In this document: positions 10,084 to 22,100 of the stretch, in pieces | How positions within the stretch are numbered: position 1 is the stretch's first letter | How the letters are laid out: each line of letters begins with the position of its first letter | NCBI RefSeq assembly: GCF_021028975.2 | Contig: NC_059439.1 | Span: 22,444,001 to 22,508,000, forward strand | Direction: 5' to 3' | Source of the DNA: Sphaerodactylus townsendi | Lineage: Eukaryota | Length of the DNA: 64,000 bases | The notes under the pieces: generated by a model | What the model was told of the DNA's origin: nothing | Seen by the model: only the letters and a program-made list of their open reading frames with translations | Database searches by the model: none | Translations under genes and position numbers: made by a program

Positions 10084-11279
10084 GACGGAATATCCTTCAG
10101 CAAATATTGGGGCTGGGGGTGGGGTTTAGACACAAAACACAAGAAATAGTAGGGTATATTTTTAAGCACTTCAAAATTTCCCATCAGATGTAGAAGGTTT
10201 GGGTTTTCTTTTCTCCCCAGCATATACTTTTGAGAATTGAAAATCAAAATCTGTAAGTGGCTTCACTATGTTTTTTTTAAAAAAACACACAATCTACAAG
10301 GTTTATTTTGAATAAGTTAAGTTATGTGTGAATATGGATCGAAAAAGAATGGTACACTCCTAACTGGGATGGTCATCCTTTTCCACCAAGTGCACAGCTT
10401 TGGGAGGGAAGCACATGAAACACTGAGGGAGGTACGGGACACTCATCTAGCCAGTCAGATAACCCTGGCAATCAATGGGCTGAGAGATATCTCAGCTAGA
10501 TCACCCTCAGATAGCCTTATTGATGTATAATATCTTATTGGAATGATTAAATATATGAGAATGGCTGTATAAAATTTGGAATATTTCATACTTGAACAAA
10601 ATGAATTATTAACTGATAACTTTTTTTGAAAATGGACTTTTCTCATTATGGCCTTCCCCCATGAATTGTTTGCAACATATCTTGCCACCAAATGTTACAG
10701 GTTTTTTTTAATTTTAATTCCACATTTCCCCCACCCCCCTGTTTGCTTTTGGGAAAGTTTTCCCTTCATTTTTCTCTGCTGTTTTCCCAAACATTTTTAC
10801 TACAGTTTTTTTAAAAAAAAATAATTTCCACATCAGCTTCCCTTGAACATGTGATCATGTTGAAATTGTATTTATTCCTCCACCCCACCAAACATCTGAC
10901 ACTTTTTCATGTTCCAGTGTAGTCACCCAACCCCCACTTCATTCATTTTCTCCTCTCCCTGCTCCTCCATTTCTTCTCTGTTTGTCATATTGTTTTTGCA
11001 ATGCAACATAAAGGCACAGACACAAGCCAGGTCTATTTATCAGCTTTGTCAATTTCATCCCAAATGACTGAAGTCACTCACATTAATCCAAAGATGCACA
11101 TGTCCACAGTGGAGAGTGAGTGAAATTGCAGAAGGAAATTGACAAGAGTCTTATGTGCAGCAAGCTACTTGGGAAGCAGCTTGGCTGGGCCATGAATTTG
11201 CCATCCCTGGCTGTGGAGCAGCTACCCTGTCCTTTGGATTGCATTACCTTTTATAAGTTGCTTGAATAACTGACTACAA

Positions 11280-11830
11280 CAGTGATAGCGAACCTTTTCG
11301 AGACCGGGTGCCCAAATTGCAACCCAAAATCCACTTGTTTATCGCAAAGTGCCGACACAGCAATTTAACCTGAATACTGAGGTTTTAGTTTTTAAAAAAT
11401 GGTTGGCTCCGAAGGTACGCATTACTTTCGAGAGCTAAGCTCTGGTGGTAGCTCAGTGGCTCTTGGCTTTTGAATCAACTCGTGCAGCTCGCTTCCAACG
11501 AGGGTGAATCCGCGACTAATTCTAGGAGGAGTTTTACTCAGAAGCAAGCTCCCTATTGCCAGGCAAACCTAGAAGCTTGCTCCCAGATAAAGGATCACGC
11601 TTTAGGTCTTCACATGAAAATCAGTGGGGTTTAACAGCGCTTATCAGGGTTACCTACACTGCTTCCCCAAAACTAGGTCTTAGGTTTAATGCTAATAATC
11701 AAGCCCAGTGGCCCAGGCCAGCCTAGATGTGTGGGATGGGTGGGTGGGTGGGGGACTCTGTTTGCATGTGCTCACAAGGAGGGCTCTGAGTGCCACCTCT
11801 GGCACCCGTGCCATAGGTTCGCCACCTCTG
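11280..11830. mobile_element. Non-autonomous hAT element
   Basis: TIR cagtgatagcgaacc / ggttcgccacctctg; exact 8-bp TSD gactacaa; same family as 32131 and 43612. Confidence 0.9.
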
Positions 11831-12048
11831 GACTACAACAATGTAACCATTTCTTCACAATTAGAGTATCTCTCTGCTCATTGGTATAAAGCTTGTTTAA
11901 AAAGTTCATATTCTCGTTTAACTAAATGAAGTAAATAATAAATAAATAATGAGTAGTTGGGGACCTGCTGGGTCATTCTGTATCACACTGACAAGCTGTA
12001 ATGATGTCAGAACACAATAATCCATTATGATTTTGTGTGGAACTAATT

Positions 12049-12188
12049 GGCTCATTCTGCATGGGCCAAAAACAGCAGTGTGAAAACGGTGTGAAAACGG
12101 TGTAAATGGGTTTAAAACAGTATAAAAGGGTTTATACCATTTTCAAACCGTTTTCACACCACTGTTTTTGGCCCATGCAGAATGAGCC
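12049..12188. mobile_element. Palindromic Harbinger-like MITE
   Basis: TIR ggctcattctgcatgggccaaaaacag and its reverse complement; 3-bp TSD ATT. Confidence 0.85.
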
Positions 12189-12275
12189 ATTGATTTTGCT
12201 TCTGCTGTTGGTTAGTCCTCATGTAGGTCATTGAGTTAATCTAATTGGAAGAACCTTTGGAGACTGAGAAACAAG

Positions 12276-12416
12276 GGCCCCTTCCGCACACGCAAAATAA
12301 TGCATTTTCAAACCACTTTCACAACTGTTTGCAAGTGGATTTTGCCATTCCGCACAGCTTCAAAGAGCACTGAAAGCAGTTTGAAGGTGCATTATTCTGC
12401 ATGTGCGGAATGAGCC
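12276..12416. mobile_element. Harbinger-like MITE
   Basis: ggccccttccgcac...tgcggaatgagcc; 3-bp TSD AAG. Confidence 0.85.
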
Positions 12417-12599
12417 AAGGATTTTTTTTAAAAAATTCAGGAATGATATAACATCATTGCAGGGAAAAGTCCAACTTAGTTATTAGACCATGCAAAAAGA
12501 AAAAGAAATTGAGGGGTGCTAGAATGAACACACTCTAAATAGCAAATGATTCCATTGCCATGAAGGTCATGTAGAACTTGGCCTTTTGTAATATGTAAA

Positions 12600-13129
12600 T
12601 GTAACCTCTATCTGTGGGTTCTGTGGGGCAGAACTTGGAATGAGTTTGTAACAACAAATTTTAAAAACAAAATGGTTTACTTTCATAACATATAACGTCA
12701 AACATCAACATTTAACATCACACTTCAAGGTCTTGTTCAGGTTTCATTTCAAGTTTTTCTAGTCACAGTCTTCTGATATTGGCAAGTCCAATTCTTCCTG
12801 CAAGTGGGTTGGCGCCTGAAGACTCCAAGGGCTTGGTGAACAGGATTCAACATGATGAAGGTTGCCAGGAGAACTCTCACCCATTACAACCACAAAAAAA
12901 CCCTGAAAAATAAACTCCAACATTTACAACATAGCAAAAATAAACAACTACCTTCCCAGTAGTTCCCAACAACATTGCAGTTACCTTAACAAGGTGTTAA
13001 GGGCTTATACAAATCAAGGTCCGAGTCTGGTAGCCTTGTCTCCTCCAAACTACATGAGCTCTGCAGCCTCCTGCTGCTTTGAGTCTCCACCCATTTCTGG
13101 GTCAACCCATTCTGAGCATGGGGGTTACA
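12600..13129. mobile_element. Solo LTR (Gypsy- or ERV-like), 530 bp
   Basis: Perfect TGTAACC...GGTTACA termini, 4-bp TSD TAAA. Confidence 0.8.
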
Positions 13130-13957
13130 TAAACTTATTTCATAGTGTTGCATTTGAGCCAGAAATTGCTAAATCACTTTAATATGTGTTACATAAATTG
13201 GTCAGCAGAAGGAAAAGCGACATAGAAATGGAAGCAGCAACCGATCTCAAAAGATCCACCCACACACAATTGAACAGTGAACTCTCTTTGCACTCTAGCA
13301 TTCATTCACATCTGGATTGCCTTGTCTATATAAGAAAACACAGTAGCATATAATTGCTATGGAGTAACAATAGAGGGACAAATAGAATTTGTTCTTAAAG
13401 GTCTCATTTTATGTCATACATTCAAACACGAAAAGTATGCACTAATTGTCTGCTTAAACTTGTGACATAAATAGAAACAAAAATGCAGCCAAGGGAAAAG
13501 TATTTCTTCAGATGGGTGTTAGGCTCTTGGGAAAACCTTGCCTCGATTGAACAGACTTCAAATGAATCTCCTTCTTATACTCAGAGCCTTTTTCATTCTG
13601 GTATAGTGAGGAATCAGCTGCACACATTATGACAAGCTGTAGCTTCCAGTAGCTTAGATAAGCTGAGGAATGGACGAAAACATCTAATGAAGAAATTAAA
13701 TCTAACATAGACAATATCCATCAAAGGGTTTAATCTGTCTCAGTAAGTAATATTTTCTAAAATACGATTGCAACATTTCCAGAAAAAGATTGTCAGTCTT
13801 TTCTTTTCTTCTGATTTGCTGGTCTACTCCTGTATCTACTTGTTATCCATTTTCCCTATTGCTTTTGTCTATGCAGGTGCCAAGATCTTCAGCATAGCTT
13901 TTTCAGTAGGTGAAGGGGCATCACTCCTTTTCCCACCAGCAGAAAATCTCACAGTAT

Positions 13958-14642
13958 TCATTTCATTTCATTTCATTTTAACCTTTAATGGCATATAAAT
14001 TATTAGCATATTTCCATTTAAAAGAGAAAACTTTTAAAACATTTAAATACGGGTGTTTAAAATGCTTTTCAAGAATTTGGCCACTGCCAAGGTGATCGAT
14101 GGATTACAGTCACTTAGCAGAAAGCGAGTGGTCTGGAACTTGGAGTGCTCAAGTCTTGGAAGCAGCAGAGGGTGAATTAAAATCATGTGCAGGTTACTGT
14201 GAAGACAGCATTCCAGAAGAATCTGAGTTATGGTTTCTATAGATCCACATCCGCAACGGCATAGTCTCTGATGTTTAGGGATCTGGAGGTATCTCCCTGA
14301 GGTTTCTGCTGATGGGAAAATATTGAGGCATGCTAGCATGAATGCATGGCATTGGTTAATGGATAACAGAGATGAGAGATATTTAGCTCTTGCTCTGTAA
14401 CTTGGTTGTATTCCGAGGGAGCGGGGAGAGCATACAGCCGCCTTTGTTGGATAGAAACGATGATGTTCCAGATCCCTCAGTCTTTCGCGAATCTGATTGA
14501 AAATATGCAATTCACTATCAGTCCCAACATTGTCCAAATCAAATCCTATGGTTCTGATTCTGATCTCACAGTATTCAACCCAATCCCTTCTATGGCTTCC
14601 TAGAGAATATTGCAAATGACCATCAAAAATATGATAGATCAA
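13958..14642 (-). mobile_element. 3' fragment of RTE-X-like LINE
   Basis: RLCRCGCGSIETITQILLEC...FLL...VAKFL; 3' motif atgccattaaagg then (aaatg)n tail. Confidence 0.75.
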
Positions 14643-14912
14643 AACTGATCTTATTCATTTTCATCAGGACATAGAAGTTGGATTTTGTTTTTATATTTGC
14701 ACTGTTGTTGCCCTATGCCTGTTTGAATAATGTCTGACCAAATCCTATTCCCAAAAAATCAACCCATCTTCTTCACAAATATTTCTTATTAATTCTTTTG
14801 TATCACCGTCATAAGCACAGGGACTTGGAGAAACATTAAACCATGAGAATTCCATGTACTATATCACATGAGAATCCCATGGACTATCCCATGGAATATA
14901 TATATTGATTTC

Positions 14913-15300
14913 TTGCCTTTATTAGCATAAACTAACCTGGATTTTTTAAAGCTGTCTGTGCAATTGCAGTTTTCTCTTGAGGATAAACACCAAGAAAGAG
15001 GCAATTGAGATAATGATTTCAGGGTTGCAATCATTCAGCAAAAAGAAAATTATATGAGCAAGATGATAAATGTTTCTTGATGATAGCGGAGGATTAAACA
15101 ATAGAGACTGCAGATCTGTGTTAAGTTCACAGTCCAAAAGCATACGGGGTTGGGTATCTGATTCCCCTTCTCCAAAGTGACATAGTCTCATCTGTTTGGG
15201 AATTTGATGGTACCAGCCAGTTGCAGTGTTGGATGAAAATCCATAAATCATGCTAGCAGAAGACACATATATTACACCTGCATACATCTGTAGCAGATCA
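14913..15300 (-). mobile_element. Older 3' fragment of RTE-X-like LINE
   Basis: IPKQMRLCHFGEGESDTQPRMLLDC...FLLNDCNP; 3' motif atgctaataaagg. Confidence 0.65.
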
Positions 15301-15968
15301 ATTTATACAAAATGGGAGCTGGGTAAGCTAATCAAACATTACCCCTCTTCACTTTGTCATTTAAAATATCTATATTTTAAAACTACTTTGCCATTATTTG
15401 ACCATCTGTCTACAGCTTTTCTTCCCCAGGAGATTAAATGTTGTTTACAAAAAGAACAAAAACAACAAAACCTCCAAAATAATTAGACAAACGAGGAACT
15501 AGCAGCAATAACAACAGTATATTCAGTACAAGTCTGCGGATGGTTTGGAATCTAACTGGGCTAGTTCACTGAAGGCTACCAACTATCTAGGGGGATGAGA
15601 GCCAAGAGTTGTTTGGCTTGCACCAAAAGGATCATGTCCTTGCCCTGCCGTGACTTTTAAATGTGAAAAAGGAAAGATAGCAGAAGTCTATCCTTTATCT
15701 TTTACATATGGAAGACTTGTTCTGAAGATTTTCCTCTCCACTGAAAGAGCCTCAGACTTCTGCACCTGAAACAAACATAGGGAGCAGAATCTCAGCCTAG
15801 ATCTTTTCAAACTTGCAGACATGCTCCCATGATTCCCCTCTCCTCTCCACTATTCTCTTCTCCTCTACTGTCCTTATGCAACGCAGGATTATCAGGCTGA
15901 TCATGCCTCTGATATATATGAACAGAGTTTAAAAATCTCCTGCATTTAGTCCCACAGGTGGTGTGAAG

Positions 15969-16937
15969 ATGAGCAGTGAAGAACAAGTTTTCAACTTTAC
16001 CTTCCCAACAGAATTTCTGCTCCTGGAGTTCTCAGATATTCGAGAATTGCAGATCTTACATTCCGTTGTGTTCCTTGCATTGTACTTGGTAGCAGTGATG
16101 GCCAATCTTCTCATCATCCTGGCAGTAACACTTGATTATCACCTCCACACTCCCATGTACTTTTTCTTAATGAACTTGGCTGTTCTCGATATTGGCACAA
16201 TTTCTGTCTTGGTGCCCAAGGCTATGGCCAATTCCCTCGTGGGAAGCAGGACAATTTCTTATCCTGGATGCGTAGCTCAAGTTTTCTTTCTGTTCTTCTT
16301 TGTAGGGACAGATTTTGCCCTCCTAACAGTGATGGCACATGACCGGTATGTCTCTATCGGCAACCCACTACAATATGAGGCAGTTATGCATAGAAGAGCA
16401 TGCATTCAGATGGCAACCAGTGCATGGATCAGTGGTGTGCTTCATGCATCACTGAACACTGGAGGCACTTTTGCAATCACTTTCTGCTCCAATGTGGTCA
16501 ATCAATTCTTCTGTGAAATCCCACAGTTATTAAAACTTTCCTGCTCTGACCTGTACTTAGTTGAAATTGGGATTATTGTATTTACCTGTGGCATAGTGTT
16601 GGGATGCTTTATCTTCATCATTCTAACTTACATGAATATTTTTGCAACAGTGCTCAAAATCCCTTCTGTTCAGGGTCAGAAAAAAGCCCTTTCCACTTGC
16701 ATTCCCCACCTCACTGTGGTTTTTCTACTTGTATTTAGTGGAATATTCTCCTATGGAAAGCCTCCTGCTGATACTTCATCAGATCTAGATATTGTTTTTG
16801 CAGTTTTTTATGCTATACTCCCTCCATTGCTCAATCCATTTATCTATACCATGAGAAACAAAGAGATCAAGACTGCCATATTAAAGCTTTTCCATATGTC
16901 ACATTTTTCTAAAAGCATCCTTTGCAGAGTTGCGTAG
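15969..16937 (+). CDS. Olfactory receptor, family-14-like
   Basis: MSSEEQVFNFT, LHTPMYFFL, MAHDRYVSIGNPL, KALSTCIPHL, PPLLNPFIYTMRN; acceptor cccacag ending 15957. Confidence 0.93.
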   Translation: MSSEEQVFNFTFPTEFLLLEFSDIRELQILHSVVFLALYLVAVMANLLIILAVTLDYHLHTPMYFFLMNLAVLDIGTISVLVPKAMANSLVGSRTISYPGCVAQVFFLFFFVGTDFALLTVMAHDRYVSIGNPLQYEAVMHRRACIQMATSAWISGVLHASLNTGGTFAITFCSNVVNQFFCEIPQLLKLSCSDLYLVEIGIIVFTCGIVLGCFIFIILTYMNIFATVLKIPSVQGQKKALSTCIPHLTVVFLLVFSGIFSYGKPPADTSSDLDIVFAVFYAILPPLLNPFIYTMRNKEIKTAILKLFHMSHFSKSILCRVA

Positions 16938-17222
16938 TGGTTAAGAGCCACAGACTCTCATCTGGAGAACTAGGACTGATTCGCCACTCCTCTACACAAG
17001 CAACAATCTTTTATCTGGTGATCTGAATTTGTTTTTCCTAGTCCCACACATGAAGCCTGCTGGTGACCTTGGACTAGTCACAGTTCTCTTCAAACACTCT
17101 TAGCCCCACATTCTACACAAAATGTCTGTTCTGGGGAGAGGATGGGAAAGAGTTTGTAAGCTGTTTTTAGACTCCTTTCAATTGAGAAAGGAGTGGTATA
17201 AATCCAAACTCTTCTTCTTCTC
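16924..17222 (+). mobile_element. tRNA-derived squamate SINE
   Basis: gtagtggttaagag A-box head, B-box-like gattcgcc, (ttc)n tail; homologous to 33652-33948 and 58032. Confidence 0.85.
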
Positions 17223-17449
17223 ATGGATTTGTACAATTTCCTGCAAGTGAATGATTTTCTTTTTCTTCATTTGTAAAGAATATAAAGAATAAAAAGGGCA
17301 TTGTTACAGAAAAAAAGAGTATGCCGAGCTTAGTTATTATGTTTGTCAGCATCTGAAGTTTACATCATCGAATATTTTGTTTAAGATTTTCTAATGTAAA
17401 AAAGACCAAAATATAACTTTTTTCTTCCATATGACCATTGTTATCGCAG

Positions 17450-18365
17450 TGCTTCAGATACACTATATACACTAAACATTCAGATACACTATAGACACTC
17501 CATTTTTTTCTAAATTATGCAGGCGATCTGTTGTATATTAAGGTTGTTAACAGTGTTGTGGTTGCATATTTTGTCAGTTTGTTCATCCATTCTGTAAGAT
17601 CTAGAGGTTGCTCTGTTTTCCATCTTGCTATAAATTCTAGCCAAAGTCACCATATTCTTAAACAACTCATGACATACTTTTGGTGCAATAATTGGCAAAA
17701 TATTTAACATCATACCTTTAGGATGTAATATGAACTCAACTTTAATTATCATTTGTACCTTTATGAATCATAATCCAATATTTCCTTGCCTTTTAACATG
17801 TCCACCACATATGTTAAAAGATTGCATCTGTATTTTGGCATTTCCAACATTTTTCATTGTAATCATTGTTAGCTTTAGCAATATCTTTGGATGTAATATA
17901 CAATCAAAAAACATTTTGTACAAATTTTCTCTTCTCATTTGACATTAACTTCATTTCATTTCAATTCAATTACATTTGTACCCTGCCCTATCTCCGAAGG
18001 GCTCGGAGCAGCTAACAACATGATACAATATGATTTGGTAAATTTAATTTCTGTATTTCAGAAACTTTCCCATTGATTCATATTTATAATTTCTCCAAAA
18101 TGTTTCATCCATTTTATTATGCAGTCTTATATTTGTTATGTTTCAGTATCATATTGCAATAACAGTTAATAAATTTTCCCTAGCAAATGTTTTGTGTTTC
18201 CAATAATCAGTTGTTCAAAAGTCTTTTTAATTCTCAAATCCTCCCCCCCTTTTACTAATTGTTCTTTCAATGATGAAACCATTTGGTGATATAATAACCA
18301 TGGAATATTCCTCCCTTTAATGATTTGTGAAGACTTTATTAATCTACATCCGAAGAATAGGTACA
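17450..18365 (-). mobile_element. Degenerate AT-rich L1-clade LINE 3' region, with a short L2 tail inserted near 17949-18020
   Basis: Remnant ARI..ARWK-like coding on minus strand; heavily disrupted. Confidence 0.4.
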
Positions 18366-18540
18366 AATGAAGAAGAAGAAGAGCAAGAAGAAGAACAAGA
18401 ACAAGAACTGGTTTTCATACTCTGCTTCTTCTCCACCTTTAAGGAGTTTCAAAGTAGCTTAAAATCACCAGGTCTTCTTTATTCATCTTAAAATAGTTGG
18501 CTGAGATCAAGGAAATCTTTTTCAAGTTTTCTTTCAGAAG

Positions 18541-19123
18541 CAAGCCTTTATTGGCATAGACAGCAGTAAAACAATAATAAAAACAGATTAAAAAGCATAT
18601 ACAACATAGGATATACATGTTAGGACAAAGGAAATCTACTGGCATTTAGTAATTTCCAGGAGAAAGTCTGCCACTATCATACAGAGAGAAGGATCAGGGT
18701 TGTCCAACAAGTAGTGTAATCTAAATAAATCGGGGAGGTCGGGTAAATGTAAGGGAGTGAGATTCACATACTTGGATCTGATTTCCTTGAATCTGAGACA
18801 GTGAAGTAATTCCGCTGGCCCCCTTCCGCTGGCCCCCTTCCGCTGGCCCCTTTCGCTGGCCCTTCCGCCGGCCTCTACATCTGGGCCTATAACATCTATC
18901 TAGACCTACCGTTCTCCCTGGGGGTGGAAGAATTTAATATTAGGCACCGGGCGCCACCTACACCTATGCCTATATTTATTTTACATTTAAATGCTAATGT
19001 TTAGCTAGTTTTCACTGCTTTTATAAGTTTTAGCCTATTTATGATGTTTTAAAATTGTATTTATTATCTGCTGTACACTGCCCAGAGCCCCTCGGGGATG
19101 GGGCGGTCTAGAAGCCCAAAGTA

Positions 19124-19172
<49 letters not shown>

Positions 19173-22100
19173 GGTGGGCCAGAGATTCAACTGAGCCATC
19201 GTTACATGGGCACAATCTTTTAGCCTTTTCTTGCTTATTAAATCTGCCATGTAACAAGGCAGAAGGCATAACATTGAACCTGGCGAGCATTATGGCTCTC
19301 CTTTGAACAGGGTTTATTAAACAATACAGGTAGTGTGCCAAGTGGCCCCGTTCAAATGGGAGAGAGAAATACAGGAGGGAGCACGTTTTCTTGGCTGCAG
19401 TGATTAAGGTGGAGAACTCTCTATCCAATAGTTGACCTTTTAATTTCCTATAAGCTTCTGAATAGGACAAAGGGCAAAGTGAATCCACTGACAGTCCGAT
19501 AGAGGCAATTTTTTCTTCAATTATGGAAAACCAGGGGTTGGAATGGGTGTCAGAGAGCAGACGGTGGACCAGGGAGTTACGGTCCGAGAGAAAATGAATT
19601 CGCAGCCAGAATCTAAAAGTCCTCAGCCAAGCGGCTGATTCCAAGGAGTTTTGACCTAACTCCAGACAAAGGGCTGCATAGGGCATGCAATTTGGGAGTC
19701 CAGTTATCTTGTGAAAAAATTTGGATTGAAGAGAATTCAAGGAGTAGTTAATAGCTTGAATCCAAATTGGGACTCCGTAAAGCAATCTCGAGGCGACTTT
19801 GGCATTAAAAAATTTGAGGGCAGGAGGGATAAAGGAGTGGCCACTGCTGTAAAAGAAACGTAGTAGTGCTGACATACTATTAGATGTAGCTAGGAGAGCG
19901 GCCTTCCTCTGGGTTGCCCATGAAAGGTTAGAGGAGAATGAGAGGCCAAGGTATTTATAGCACTTAACCTGTTCGATTTGGGTGCTTTTCATTGCCCATG
20001 TGAGCTTCTTAAAGCGCCTAGAGAAGACCAATACCTTGGTTTTTTCATAGTTTATTGTCAGTCTGTTGGATTCACAGTAATCCACACAGCGCTTCATTAA
20101 GCGTCTGAGGCCAACTCTGGATCTAGAGAGAAGGACAGCGTCATCTGCATAGAGCAGAATTGATACATGGGATGTACCCAGTTTGGGGGCATGGCTGTTC
20201 ACTGCTGAGAGGGCAGAGGGGAGGTCACTTAAGAAAAGATTGAAGAGAGTGGGGGCCAGGACATAGCCCTGTTTGACCCCTTTGGTAATTGGAATACTGT
20301 CTGTCAAAAGGCCTTCATGGGAACACTTGATCCGGCAACTGGTATTTGTGTGCAATTGCTTAATTAAGAACAAGAGTCTGGCATCAATGTTAAGGGCAGC
20401 CAGTTTTGTCCAGAGAAGTTATCTCGGCACAGAGTCAAAGGCAGCCTTTAAATCAATAAAGGCAGCGTAGAGTTTGTTATCTGCATTGATTGAATATTTA
20501 CTGGCTAGGTGTAATAGCACCAAGGCATGGTCCAGAGGAGATTTCCCCTTGTAAAACCTTATTTGTTCAGCTCCCCACTGCACCAGAGTGGGAGGAAAGC
20601 CACAGCTGAAGTTTCTTTAGTAGCAATTTGGCATAAAGCTTCCCTACCACTGAGAGGGAGGCTGATGGCGTGCAAAAGTTGGCAGGCTCTTGAGTGGACT
20701 TCCCTTTTTTATGGGATGGGGAAACACAGGCTCGCAGAACAGCCAAGTCCTGGGTGGTGATAATTCGGAACTGTTTTACTTGGGTAAAAAAGAGTGGCCA
20801 GGCATAGGGGCCCACCAATCAGTAATGAAATTTCTAAGAATCTCTGGAATTATAGAATCCAGGCCATGCCAGGGGCTTTCCCTTCCCTTTGAGGTCCCTC
20901 TAACAGCTCAACTACTTCTTGAGAGATGAGACAGGGAGGACCAACTCCTGACAAATCAAAAGGGATGGGTGAAAGAGATCCATTGCTTAAAATATCGATC
21001 ATTAAAAAGTTTGCTAAAATAGTCATGCCAAATATCAGGGTGTAATACAGGTAGGGGTAGGAGGCTTGCTTCGGTTAAAATTATTCAGGACAGCCCAGAA
21101 AGTAGCTTCAATTGTTGGAAGTTACTGCAGAGTGGAGATGTTCCCATTGAGTAGTTGACATGTTCCATATGCGGTTCTTCCCTAATTAGCTGACGGAAGT
21201 TGTTTCTTAACAGCTTCTAGCTTAGTAGGGCGAGGAGGTCCTGGTCTCCCTGGAAGCCCTAAAGTTCCGACATATAAGCGAGCTTAATTTGGACTATTGT
21301 GCTCCATGCACTCTATCAAACCAAGGTGTTCTCGTTCTGTTTTTGCTGGGGAGTTCCCCACGTTGGACGTGGAAAAGACCAACCACAATTTGTTTAAGAA
21401 GATCTTCTAAAGCTGGTAATGAGTCTCCCTGGGGGAATCTGCAGTGAGAACAGAGGATTTGAGGCTGGTTAAGCTGGGGGAAATGAGTAAGTTTTGAGTA
21501 GCTACGGCCAGTTTGGGTGTCCAAAACCTAGTCTGGGGGGGGGCGGTTCATTTGGGGGTGAAGGAGCTGCAATGTCTGGCCTCTTGGTGTGATAAAGGAA
21601 ACAAGTCTATAAGGGGAAGATGATCACTCCAGCAGAAGATCTCCAATCTGGAAGGATGTAAAACAGATGATCTCAAACTCTGGAGAAATGAGGAGATAGG
21701 ACAATGACAACCTGCCAGCCATGCAGGAGAAACAAAGGGTATAATCTTTGAGCGTGGGTGTAGCACTTTAAGCCGTTAAGCCAAAGTTTGTTGTGCTTGA
21801 TGGCCAAGTGAATGAGTTTCCTACCAGCAGCGTTGGAGTGAGTATCCTTGGAGTCACGAAGGGCAGGAAGTAAGAGTGAGTGGTAGGGTTCATCATCAAA
21901 GTCTTCCTGCTCAAGAAGGGAAGCTAAATTTGCACCTACTCTTGCATTAAAGTCCCCCATTAGAACAATCTCAGAGGAGGGATGGCTAGATTCAAGCTCC
22001 TCAATATAGATGGATAGGTTATCCCAAATTTCACACAAGACCGGGAGGGACATAGATATTAACAAGGACTAGAGAAAGATCCTCCCAAAGGATTTGAACA

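Larger units (their letters stand above)
6720..10760 (+). repeat. Segmental duplication unit A (paralogue at ~42850-48260)
   Basis: Colinear similarity upstream, within and downstream of ORs 9124 and 46547, e.g. cttcatgcacagccatg at ~6876 and ~42951. Confidence 0.85.

Noticed and set aside
16930-16990. tRNA gene (also 33655, 58035)
   Set aside because: A/B boxes belong to SINE heads; no full cloverleaf evident.
19108-20373. 421-aa ORF as a host or domesticated RT gene
   Set aside because: Part of a frameshifted LINE ORF2; its FIYL-repeat tail is read-through into a (taaa)n microsatellite.
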